Source: a virus. From it: DNA of 64,000 nt. The notes under the pieces are model-generated. The model had not been told where the DNA came from. It did no database searches and saw only the letters and a program-made list of their open reading frames with translations. Of the stretch, positions 1 to 8,090 are shown piece by piece (within the stretch, counting starts at the first letter, position 1; each line of letters starts with the position of its first letter). Where the stretch lies: the IMG/VR virus record IMGVR_UViG_3300020429_000529, positions 198,762-262,761 of that record; one strand, given 5' to 3'. The position numbers and the translations under genes were made by a program.

Positions 1-542
1 CCGCTTGCTATGGCTACCTGTCTTATACGACCGCATATCTCAAGGCTCACTATCCAGAAGAATACATGTCTTCATACCTCAATGTCATGCTTCGTTCAAA
101 CAAGCAAGACAAGTACGAGAAGATCTCCCAGTTTGAGAAGGAATGCGAGCGGATGGACATGGAGATCCTGCCTCGCAGCATCAACAAATGCAAGTGGGAT
201 TACGAGATCATCACGAAGCGAGACCCCTCTAAGGGCGTCCAGAAGTCTGAGATCCGACCATCTATCAGATGCAAGGGTTTGAGCCAGCGCGCGGCTATGA
301 ACATCATCGAGAATCAGCCCTTCAAGGATTTGCGCGATTTTGCTTTTGCGACAGACCCGAAGAAGGTTGACTCGAAGAGCGTTGAGTGTCTTGCTCTTGC
401 CGGTTTCTTCAAAGAGAAGAAAGGCAATCGGGTTGTTCGTCGCAAGGCGGAAGAAGTTGTTGAAGAGTTCAGTGTATTGCGAGAAGATCGCAAACGAGTA
501 GGCCGAAAAGGTGTTGAGTCAGATGACCTATTTGGAGGATGA
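1..542 (+). CDS. dnaE: C-terminal fragment of DNA polymerase III alpha subunit (DnaE-like); the 5' end lies outside the window
   Basis: Frame 3 is open from position 3 to the stop at 542. The translation ACYGYLSYTTAYLKAHYPEEYM...EILPRSINKCKWDYEI...IRCKGLSQRAAMNII resembles the conserved DnaE C-terminal region (SYQTAYLKAHYPAEFM, VLPPDIN, IRxGLxAIKG). The ORF track only shows the internal Met at 66. Confidence 0.55.
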   Translation, partial: ACYGYLSYTTAYLKAHYPEEYMSSYLNVMLRSNKQDKYEKISQFEKECERMDMEILPRSINKCKWDYEIITKRDPSKGVQKSEIRPSIRCKGLSQRAAMNIIENQPFKDLRDFAFATDPKKVDSKSVECLALAGFFKEKKGNRVVRRKAEEVVEEFSVLREDRKRVGRKGVESDDLFGG

Positions 543-841
543 CAATGGCAGATGAAGCAAAGACGCCGCGTAAGGCGGTTATCACGAAGACAATCGTGAG
601 GAAGTTGAACACGGCAAAGTATGAGACGATGGATGTCTCGGCGAGTATTTCTCAGGAAGTTGAGTGGAACAACATCACGGAGCTTCTTGAGAAATCCGAG
701 AACATTGGCAAGCTCGTATTGCGAGATTACCAGGGTTTTGAGGCTGAGGCGCTGGAAGAGTTGAACTTGAACTCGTCTCATTCGTCAAAGAATGATGGAG
801 CAACCAAGCCGTTCTCGAAGGATGATTTCGACGGGCTTTGA
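539..841 (+). CDS. hypothetical protein
   Basis: 100-aa ORF that overlaps the dnaE stop by 4 nt (ATGA). No recognisable motif. Confidence 0.4.
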   Translation: MTMADEAKTPRKAVITKTIVRKLNTAKYETMDVSASISQEVEWNNITELLEKSENIGKLVLRDYQGFEAEALEELNLNSSHSSKNDGATKPFSKDDFDGL

Positions 842-860
842 ATCATAAAGGTGCGGACAG

Positions 861-2111
861 ATGGTTGACTATGACATTGCTGAAACAATGGACGACATCT
901 TTGGCGTCCCGCAAGACGGAAGCAACGTAAACGCTTCGTCTGATGAATCTCAAGAAGGCGCATACGCAGAGGTCTCAAATGATGGCGGTAACGCTACATT
1001 TGAAGACAAGGCTGCTGCTGTTAAGGAGACCATCAACGGAGACGGGGACGTTGAATACGGCGATGTTCCCGAGCCAGAGACGCCAGCGCCGCAGGCTGAG
1101 TCTCAAAGCGAGGAGCCATCTCATGATTCCGAACCGAGCAGTTTCGAAGACATCCTCACGGATGCGATTTCAGGCGAAGATAACGGAGGATCGAAGAGTC
1201 CAGAAGTGGATGACGAACCGACCGCTGATTCTGAACCTCCCTTCGACACCGGAGGCGATGAGACGAGCAGCGAAGTACGGGCCGAGCCTCCAATCGATCC
1301 TCAAGATGAGACCAAGATGAGCCAAGAAGAGAAGCCGGTCGAGACCAAAGCCGAAGAACCGACCAACGAGTTCGATGAGGCAGAGTCCGAATCACAAGAA
1401 GATGAGGACGGCTGGATTCTCAGCTTCCCAAGTTCCAAGTACGATGAGTTCTATCGAGAGAAGCGACGAGCCCTGAAGCAAGCTCTGGTTGGAGGCAAGC
1501 TGCCTGTTGACCGTTATGCGAAGGAGCTTATGGATTCTCGGGTAGATACTCGCAACGTGGATATGTATGCTCACGATCTCATCGCTGAGAAGATGGCTGA
1601 TATCCGCATGCAGAAGGATCGAGTCCTTGAGATTCGAGGGCGAGTTCTCCGTCAATACTACAAGTTCCAACGAACGACAGAGATGCTTGAGGGAGCCCTT
1701 GCTCGTTGTCAGTACGAGAAGCCCGTCATTCGTCAGCAGGGTCTCAATCTGATCCATCTGAGGGATTGCGAAAACTACCTGGCAGAACTCAAATATCTCG
1801 TTGAGTTCAGTAGCGAGGTCATGAAGAACCTCGAAGCTGGCTACGAGAACATGAGCCGTTTGGTGTCCATGTCGATGCCCAACAAGATGCTCGAAGGATA
1901 CCAGTCAAACCCTGTCCCCAGGGACTCAAAACCAGCCCCTCAAACTCCTTCTTCAGAACCGCAAAATGAAGAAGAAAACAAGTCCGATTTAAGTGACTTT
2001 GATGGGCTAAAAACCTGCGTGGAAGACAAGGGAAATAAGGCCGAAAAGCCGAAAGAGAATATACCGCCTAAGAAAGGCAACGGCAGTCTGGATTGGGGCG
2101 ACATTGACTGA
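861..2111 (+). CDS. hypothetical protein with a highly acidic low-complexity N-terminal region (about 180 aa) and a C-terminal helical domain
   Basis: 416-aa ORF. The N-terminal half is rich in D/E/S/P. The C-terminal part has a coiled-coil-like composition. No catalytic motif recognised. Confidence 0.45.
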   Translation: MVDYDIAETMDDIFGVPQDGSNVNASSDESQEGAYAEVSNDGGNATFEDKAAAVKETINGDGDVEYGDVPEPETPAPQAESQSEEPSHDSEPSSFEDILTDAISGEDNGGSKSPEVDDEPTADSEPPFDTGGDETSSEVRAEPPIDPQDETKMSQEEKPVETKAEEPTNEFDEAESESQEDEDGWILSFPSSKYDEFYREKRRALKQALVGGKLPVDRYAKELMDSRVDTRNVDMYAHDLIAEKMADIRMQKDRVLEIRGRVLRQYYKFQRTTEMLEGALARCQYEKPVIRQQGLNLIHLRDCENYLAELKYLVEFSSEVMKNLEAGYENMSRLVSMSMPNKMLEGYQSNPVPRDSKPAPQTPSSEPQNEEENKSDLSDFDGLKTCVEDKGNKAEKPKENIPPKKGNGSLDWGDID

Positions 2112-2159
2112 GCCCAGGACTGACGGAAACCCATGTTTGTAAGGAGCAGAAGCGCACAG

Positions 2160-2253
2160 AGAGTACGATAAGAACAGACCACCGAACAGATAAGAACGTT
2201 GAACAGCTAAAGACTAAGAACAGACAGAACAACCATGAACAGGAGAAACAATC
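2160..2253 (+). promoter_or_regulatory. array of short direct repeats (5x GAACAG, 3x TAAGAAC) upstream of the putative SSB gene
   Basis: GAACAG occurs at 2172, 2184, 2201, 2218 and 2237. TAAGAAC occurs at 2169, 2191 and 2215, about 22-24 nt apart. The last copy overlaps the AGGAG ribosome-binding site before the ATG at 2254. Confidence 0.35.
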
Positions 2254-2934
2254 ATGGGTACAGTAGATTGGGATAACGTAGACCCTCGTCCCGAGGGCGC
2301 AGGCTCGGGCAATGGCCGCAGCCGTTTTCTGAAGCTCGAAGCCAACAAGGAATACAAGATTCGACCTGTCGGTAAGCCTTACGAGGTACGCCGATACTTT
2401 GTCCGAGGCGAAGGCGGCAAGTTCAATGTCGCAATCACGGACGCCGGCGATGATTGCGTCATTCTTCGCAACTACAAGAACGCCGATGGAGAGCCTGAGT
2501 ACCAGCAGAGGGTACGCTATGCTCTCAACTGCCTCGACCGCAATGACACCGACCCGGATACCGGCCTTCCTCGACTGAAGATCATTGAGGTTCCGGTCAC
2601 CGTTGCTCGCTTCATCCGCGATTGGGGCAAGGAGATGGGAGTCAACCCCGGCTCTGGTAAGGGCGCTGACTTCAAGATCAAGGTTGTCCTCAAGGGAGAT
2701 GACCGTCGTAACACTCGTTACGAGACCTTCCCGCTCGCTCAGACCGCCTTTACCGATGAGGAGAAGGCGTTCCTCAAGGAGCATGGAGCGTATGACCTTG
2801 AAGAGCAGTTCGCTCCAACCCCGCAGAGCGAGATCGAGGAGAAGCTCGGTCTTTCTGGCGGAGGTTCCACCGTAACCGCAGGCGCATCGAGCGGCTCGTC
2901 TTCGAGCAGCGACGATGACGATCTCGACTTCTAA
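2254..2934 (+). CDS. putative single-stranded DNA-binding protein with an acidic C-terminal tail ending in Phe (T7 gp2.5 / bacterial SSB-tail-like)
   Basis: 226 aa. The C-terminus is GGGSTVTAGASSGSSSSSDDDDLDF, comparable to the SSB tail DDDIPF and the gp2.5 tail ending in DF. The gene sits immediately upstream of recA in the replication module. Assigned by architecture, not by sequence identity. Confidence 0.45.
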   Translation: MGTVDWDNVDPRPEGAGSGNGRSRFLKLEANKEYKIRPVGKPYEVRRYFVRGEGGKFNVAITDAGDDCVILRNYKNADGEPEYQQRVRYALNCLDRNDTDPDTGLPRLKIIEVPVTVARFIRDWGKEMGVNPGSGKGADFKIKVVLKGDDRRNTRYETFPLAQTAFTDEEKAFLKEHGAYDLEEQFAPTPQSEIEEKLGLSGGGSTVTAGASSGSSSSSDDDDLDF

Positions 2935-2965
2935 TCAACGACTCAGACAACTTGGTTAGAACGAC

Positions 2966-3007
2966 GAGCGCCGTGGCCGTTCCCCTCGGCTGCGGCGCTC
3001 ATTTTAC
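2966..3007 (+). terminator. rho-independent terminator-like hairpin between the SSB and recA genes
   Basis: The stem is GAGCGCCGTGGCCG / CGGCTGCGGCGCTC, with two G-U wobbles and loop TTCCCCT, followed by ATTTTA. Confidence 0.4.
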
Positions 3008-3031
3008 ATGCACACATTGCAGGAGCAAAAA

Positions 3032-4285
3032 ATGGCAAAGAAGAATCCAAAGCTTGATGCTCTGCGGAATCTCGCAAATCACGATCCAGATCTTGATAAG
3101 AACTCCCAGATCATTCCAAGCGGTCACTCAGAGCTTGACTTCTACATCTCTCGCGGGCTGTACGAAGATGAGCATGGACAGACAATCGAATACGATGAAG
3201 AAGTGCTGTATGGTTTTCCGAGCGGTAAGCTTGCGATGCTTTATGGCGGCGAGGGTTGCGGTAAGTCATCTCTTGCGTATCGCATTGGCGGCAACGCTCA
3301 GCAGATGGGGCGAGTGGTTTTCTGGATCGACGCAGAGAACTCGTTCAGTCCTCAGTTGGCAAAGATCAACGGTCTTGATCCCGATCAGATCGCTATCCAA
3401 CGACTCTTTGACACAAACGATCCTGACAAGATCTTTGATGCCGAGACGATTCTCGACATTGTGATGGACGCCTGTAAGAAGGGCGCTGGCGTTGTTGTTC
3501 TTGACTCTGTTGCTTCGCTTGTTCCGAAGTATGTCATGGATAACCCGACAGAGAAGGATACTGTCGCTGTTCTGGCGAGAGTCCTTGGCAAGTCGCTATC
3601 CAAGATCGCAGGATATGCTGCGGCCAACGATACGCTTGTCATCTTCCTAAACCAGCTTCGAGTCAACCCAGGACAGATGTTTGGCAACCCCGAGGGTACG
3701 ACTGGCGGTAACGCTCTTCGTCACTTCGTTAGCATCACGCTCAAGATGAACAAGCTGAGCAGCAAGGAAGCGTATCACTACGTTCAAGATGATGAGGGTT
3801 CTGAAACCCTAATCGCTGGGTCAACAAACGTTTGGATCGAGAAGAATCGCTTTGCGAGTCCTCACCGAGAAGCGGTCAAGATTCCGATCTACTACCGCTA
3901 CTACTTCCCTGATGCGGAAGAGATCATCTTTGATTACGGTCGTAAGACTCGCGTGATTTCTGTCCGTAAGGGCGTTTACTCATGGAACGATATCAAGGTT
4001 GAAGGCCGAGAAGATTTCATGAGCGCCGTGAAGGCCAGCGATGCGATCGGCGGTTTGGTCGAAGCTATTCGTGAGGCAGCCGTTGAGAAGGGCATTCCGA
4101 TCCCTCCCGAGGTTGTCAACTACGAGAAGCACGTTCAGTTTGGGCAGAACAACGAGGTTCAGCAGGGCAAAGAGCCGCCTGATTTCGATCCTGACAAGGA
4201 AGCGCCCAAGCGTAAGCAGACCAAGAAGAAGACAAGCAGGATGCCCAAGGTTACTGCAGGCAGCAATGACGAAGCAGAGATATGA
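3032..4285 (+). CDS. recA: RecA-family recombinase
   Basis: Walker A is GGEGCGKSS. The motifs IDAENSF, VLDSVASLVPK, IFLNQLR and MFGNPEGTTGGNALRHFVSITL match the RecA core (IDAE, [37 protein letters not shown]). The ORF track starts at 3008. The ATG at 3032 has an AGGAGC ribosome-binding site. Confidence 0.85.
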   Translation: MAKKNPKLDALRNLANHDPDLDKNSQIIPSGHSELDFYISRGLYEDEHGQTIEYDEEVLYGFPSGKLAMLYGGEGCGKSSLAYRIGGNAQQMGRVVFWIDAENSFSPQLAKINGLDPDQIAIQRLFDTNDPDKIFDAETILDIVMDACKKGAGVVVLDSVASLVPKYVMDNPTEKDTVAVLARVLGKSLSKIAGYAAANDTLVIFLNQLRVNPGQMFGNPEGTTGGNALRHFVSITLKMNKLSSKEAYHYVQDDEGSETLIAGSTNVWIEKNRFASPHREAVKIPIYYRYYFPDAEEIIFDYGRKTRVISVRKGVYSWNDIKVEGREDFMSAVKASDAIGGLVEAIREAAVEKGIPIPPEVVNYEKHVQFGQNNEVQQGKEPPDFDPDKEAPKRKQTKKKTSRMPKVTAGSNDEAEI

Positions 4286-5088
4286 GCGAAATCCGCCTAC
4301 CCGAGATTCAGCGAGAAAGAATTTGCCATCTTGGGCAGGACACTCTGTGGGAAGATGACGCACATGATGTTGAAGAAGCAAGAGAATACTTGCTGAAGAA
4401 GAGAAGGCTGCCAGAGCGTATCTTGAGAGAGTATCGCTTTGGCTACATGCCTCGCAGAGTTCGGCATGATTGGTCTGAGAGGATCATCATGCCGCTTTAC
4501 GACCCATACGGGGAACTCATTGTTCTGACCAGCCGCAAGTTCAGAGCAACCGAACAAAGAGAGTATCCTCACCTTCATGAGACTTTCAACAAGCGGTTCT
4601 ACTTTTACGGTTTCGATGTCGCCAAGAAAGACATCATGCAAAAAGGAAAGGCCATCGTTGTCGAAGGCCAGTTTGATACCGCGCGCATGCGGGCGGCAGG
4701 ATTCAAGATGACAATTGGCATCTTGGGTTCGGCCTTCACATTTGAGCATGCCTGTATTCTCCGTCGCTATTGTAGCGAAGTTTACCTGCTTTTCGATCAT
4801 GATGAGTCAGGACTAAAAACGCTCCGTCGCTCAATGGAGATGATGGACACCCAAGACATTACAGGCACGTTCGGCATGGACTTCATTCCTGTGATATTGC
4901 CAAAGCAGGAAGATCAGAAGAAGATCGATCCGGACGCTTTCCTTGAGGAGCGAGGCGCTGCAGAAATGCGTGATGTTCTCGCTCAGGCCAAACTCGAAAG
5001 AAAACAGTTCTCCTATGAGGACATAGACCGAAGGATCGAAAAGTATGGCATTTCTCAAGCAGCCAACGGAGGTTCAGGCTCTAAGTAA
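4282..5088 (+). CDS. DnaG-like DNA primase (Toprim domain)
   Basis: The Toprim signature is present: EGQFD (conserved Glu) and DHDESG (DxD). The start overlaps the recA stop (ATGA). Confidence 0.6.
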   Translation: MSEIRLPEIQRERICHLGQDTLWEDDAHDVEEAREYLLKKRRLPERILREYRFGYMPRRVRHDWSERIIMPLYDPYGELIVLTSRKFRATEQREYPHLHETFNKRFYFYGFDVAKKDIMQKGKAIVVEGQFDTARMRAAGFKMTIGILGSAFTFEHACILRRYCSEVYLLFDHDESGLKTLRRSMEMMDTQDITGTFGMDFIPVILPKQEDQKKIDPDAFLEERGAAEMRDVLAQAKLERKQFSYEDIDRRIEKYGISQAANGGSGSK

Positions 5089-6085
5089 CGTCCTGAACAC
5101 TTACCTGCGATGGAAGAGTCTTAACGGGCCTCCTCGCGGATACGAAATCTATCACCCCTCTGCATTCGGCAGTTGTCTTCGTAGGATGCAGTATCAGCGA
5201 TACGCAGAGCGAGGGCATATTGAAGTTGCGCCTATCGCTCACGAAGCGAAGACTGTCCGCATCTTTGACTCAGGTCACTCGATGCATGATCGATGGGCGA
5301 AGTATTGGGAAGAGATTGGGGTTCTTCGAGGTATCTGGGAGTGTAAGAACCCATGCTGCCGTCTGTGGGACGATGAGGGCAACTACAAGGGCGATAGCGA
5401 TAGCTGTCCGTTCGTGGTGCCTGAGCATGGAGGCAAGCCATCAGACGAGCCCCTGTCGCCTCCTCGCAAGTACGGCAAGGAAGACAAGCTCGGCGCTTTC
5501 AAGCCCGAGCGCTGCGTTTGCGGATGTCAGGATTTCGAGTATCATGAAATCACGGTCTACGACAAGGAACTGAACTTCCGAGGTCATGTTGACCAGATTA
5601 TTGACTTCTCAAAGTTTCCTGGCGGCAAGACCTACAAGGAGGGAAGACCCGTCAAGGTGCTTTTCAAGGACGAAGATCTTCCCAAGGAACCTATCGTTGT
5701 TGACATGAAGAGCATCAACTCTTTCGGTTTCAAGACCAAGCTTGAAGATGGCGCTGCACCCTTTGGGTACAGAGTCCAGGTCAACATCTATTTGCATCTG
5801 CTGGATCTGCAGTGCGGCGTCCTCTACTTCGAGAACAAGGACAACAGCGGAACTCGACTTGTTCATGTCCCAAGAGATCCTGATTTGTGGGAGAAGATCA
5901 AAGAACAGGCGAGGACAATGACAGATATGGTTGATGACTTGCTTTTGCCTCCTCCAAGACCCAAGGGCCAGGGCGAGTTTGAGTGTAGAAATTGTGAATT
6001 TCAGTCGATATGTCACTCATCGGGTATATGGGAAGACCCAAACCTGGCTGAGAAACGGCTGAAGTTCTATGGAGGCTTCTCCTAA
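5045..6085 (+). CDS. PD-(D/E)XK nuclease of the Cas4/RecB type with Cys clusters
   Basis: GHVDQIID ... VVDMKS gives a D...D/ExK arrangement. The C-terminal CRNCEFQSIC cluster is typical of Cas4/AddB Fe-S nucleases. There is an internal Cys-rich insert (CKNPCC...CVCGC). Confidence 0.5.
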   Translation: MAFLKQPTEVQALSNVLNTYLRWKSLNGPPRGYEIYHPSAFGSCLRRMQYQRYAERGHIEVAPIAHEAKTVRIFDSGHSMHDRWAKYWEEIGVLRGIWECKNPCCRLWDDEGNYKGDSDSCPFVVPEHGGKPSDEPLSPPRKYGKEDKLGAFKPERCVCGCQDFEYHEITVYDKELNFRGHVDQIIDFSKFPGGKTYKEGRPVKVLFKDEDLPKEPIVVDMKSINSFGFKTKLEDGAAPFGYRVQVNIYLHLLDLQCGVLYFENKDNSGTRLVHVPRDPDLWEKIKEQARTMTDMVDDLLLPPPRPKGQGEFECRNCEFQSICHSSGIWEDPNLAEKRLKFYGGFS

Positions 6086-6109
6086 AGGACTTGGCAGATC
6101 AAGGAGAAG

Positions 6110-6457
6110 ATGATGAGTAGCTACGCAGATGATCCAACCCTTCTGAAAGTTCGAGGCGAAGGCAACGGACAACGCGGTGCAAACGATGAAGAACGAGACC
6201 TGCAGCGAAAAGAGTATGTCAAGAAGGTTTCTTCTGCTGTCCTCACGGTTATCGGTAAGCATGGTTCCGCCAAGCTGAAGGCAGTTGGCGCTCCATCGTT
6301 GAGCAATGCAGTGAAGGCGGCGATTATTGCCCGAGGCGAGGGCGCTAAGAAGGGCATGGATCTCGTGGCAGAGATGAGTTTTGACAACGCAGAGTTCGAT
6401 GGATCTGTTAAGACAGCGATCGTTCTTCGCATTGTTGATCGCAACAACGGAGGTTGA
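6110..6457 (+). CDS. SpoVS-like (stage V sporulation protein S family) small protein
   Basis: SAVLTVIGKHGSAKLKAVGAPSLSNAVKAAIIARGEGAKKGMDLVAEMSFDNAEFDGSVKTAIVLRIV aligns with SpoVS (AIGAGALNQAVKAVAIARGFV...ERTAIKLIV). Confidence 0.55.
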   Translation: MMSSYADDPTLLKVRGEGNGQRGANDEERDLQRKEYVKKVSSAVLTVIGKHGSAKLKAVGAPSLSNAVKAAIIARGEGAKKGMDLVAEMSFDNAEFDGSVKTAIVLRIVDRNNGG

Positions 6458-7073
6458 AGTGAGTTACGACGCAGTAATCGATGAAATCTTGCAAGCAGAG
6501 CCGGATAAAATCTCGCGCATCTTGAGAGGCGAGGAAGAGATCGGCGATCCAACAGAGATCGAAGATGTCCTTCTTGAGATCAACCGACTCGAACGGAATG
6601 TCGAGTTCTTCAAGAAGCTCAAGAAGCGACGAACCGAGCCTTTGGATCAGCGGATCAAGGAGAGCGATGCGCAGATCGATCAGCTTCGAGCAGCCATTAT
6701 TGACTGCATGGAGCGAACCAACAATAGCAGCCTTGATTTCCCCGAGGTTGCCAAGATCAGTTGTCGCAAGAAGGCCGGATCCTGGGATATCAAGGATGAG
6801 GCCAATGTGGAAGAGCATCTTCAGGAGCTTGGCGTTCTCGATGATGTTGCAACCAGGACGTTGAAGTTCGACAAGAGGAAGCTGTATAAGCTCCTCAACG
6901 AGCTTCTTGAGAACAACAACGTTCCCGAAGGAGCAGAGAAGTCTGAGGACAGCCAAACGGTTGCTATCTCGTTCTATGAAAAGGCAGAAGATCGTGCGAA
7001 GCAGGATCAGGCCGAGCGAGAGGCAGCCAGGTGGAAGAAGGCTGAATCCAACTACGACTCGCTGACGATCTGA
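6381..7073 (+). CDS. hypothetical coiled-coil protein (true start probably the GTG near 6459)
   Basis: The ORF overlaps the SpoVS-like gene. GGAGG followed by a GTG at about 6459 sits right after the upstream stop. The protein is charged and helical, with no motif recognised. Confidence 0.4.
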   Translation: MTTQSSMDLLRQRSFFALLIATTEVEVSYDAVIDEILQAEPDKISRILRGEEEIGDPTEIEDVLLEINRLERNVEFFKKLKKRRTEPLDQRIKESDAQIDQLRAAIIDCMERTNNSSLDFPEVAKISCRKKAGSWDIKDEANVEEHLQELGVLDDVATRTLKFDKRKLYKLLNELLENNNVPEGAEKSEDSQTVAISFYEKAEDRAKQDQAEREAARWKKAESNYDSLTI

Positions 7074-7813
7074 TGAGCAAACGATTAGAAGACTCACGAA
7101 AACTGCTCGATTACATCTACTCAAAGATACCTGAGACAAAAGGATGTATGGAGCATATCTCGAAGCCCGTTTCCGAAGGAGGATGCGGAGCTTGGTGCTG
7201 TCAAACTCAGAACCCTCAAGTTCTGTACGTTGAGTTCCGCAATGCATGGAACAACGTACAAGAGAACTGGTCTGACCAGGATATCATTGAGCTTGTCCGC
7301 AGAAGCCTGCGAGCATATCTCTTTGCATCAGAGCGCGATGGTTGCGTGTTCTGGGATCGAGAAACCAAGATGTGTTCGCACCATGAAACCCGACCATTCA
7401 ACTGTCGAGTTTATGGCATTACTCCCGAGGAGGAATGGAGACCTCGCTACGAGCGACTCAAGGTCATCTATCCCGACACAAGGGAACAATGCAACCTTGT
7501 TTCGACAGCAGACGGTTCGGAGTTCACGAAGAAGAAAAGCGATTCTCTCTGGAACATGCTCAAGAACGCGGAGAAGACAATCGGCGTTCGTCCCTCTGAT
7601 ATCCATGATGATTTCGGGGGATCGTACCGCAGGTACTACGAGCATGTCATCTTGCATCTCATGGGCGATGAAGGCATGGAGATGTTGAGTCAAGTCAGAG
7701 AGCATGGCAGTAACGATGAGAAAGAAGGCGTTATCAAGGCGGCGCTCGACGGTCTCATCAAGATGAAGGAGACTGCAAATGTCGGAGCGACGAGCGACGA
7801 TTCTGACGGCTGA
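7073..7813 (+). CDS. YkgJ/UPF0153-like putative Fe-S or zinc-binding protein
   Basis: GGCGAWCCQ plus CVFWDRETKMCSHHETRPFNCRVYG matches the CxxCxxCC ... C..IY..RP..CR pattern of the YkgJ (PF03692-like) family. Confidence 0.45.
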   Translation: MSKRLEDSRKLLDYIYSKIPETKGCMEHISKPVSEGGCGAWCCQTQNPQVLYVEFRNAWNNVQENWSDQDIIELVRRSLRAYLFASERDGCVFWDRETKMCSHHETRPFNCRVYGITPEEEWRPRYERLKVIYPDTREQCNLVSTADGSEFTKKKSDSLWNMLKNAEKTIGVRPSDIHDDFGGSYRRYYEHVILHLMGDEGMEMLSQVREHGSNDEKEGVIKAALDGLIKMKETANVGATSDDSDG

Positions 7814-8090
7814 TTACAAGTCCGAAAGCGACCTGATGATTTGGACTCTTCGTTTTCACGACAACGATGAGGAGCAATCATTTTGTTGGCCGAGTCGAGA
7901 CTACCTTGAGCATGTTGTCAACATCAGCGTCCCCAAGAAGTTCGTGATCGATGAGAATCTCATCAAGCAGTTGTCCGATCATTGCGAGGCAATGAAAGGG
8001 AAAGAAGTCAACTTTGATGTGAGGAAAGAGATCAACAACCCGTTGACGGACATTGCGAAGGAGCTTTCATCGGGGAGTATTGAGGAATGA
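7779..8090 (+). CDS. hypothetical protein
   Basis: 103-aa ORF overlapping its neighbours. No motif recognised. Confidence 0.3.
   Translation: MSERRATILTADYKSESDLMIWTLRFHDNDEEQSFCWPSRDYLEHVVNISVPKKFVIDENLIKQLSDHCEAMKGKEVNFDVRKEINNPLTDIAKELSSGSIEE

Noticed and set aside
2068-2784. 238-aa antisense ORF overlapping the putative SSB gene
   Set aside because: It lies entirely antisense to a better-supported plus-strand gene. The translation is low-complexity (Leu/Ser/Val-rich) with no motifs. It is typical of a shadow ORF in a GC-moderate genome.
6408-7247. 279-aa antisense ORF
   Set aside because: It overlaps two plus-strand genes that show coding-like composition and motif support. No motif is present in the antisense product.
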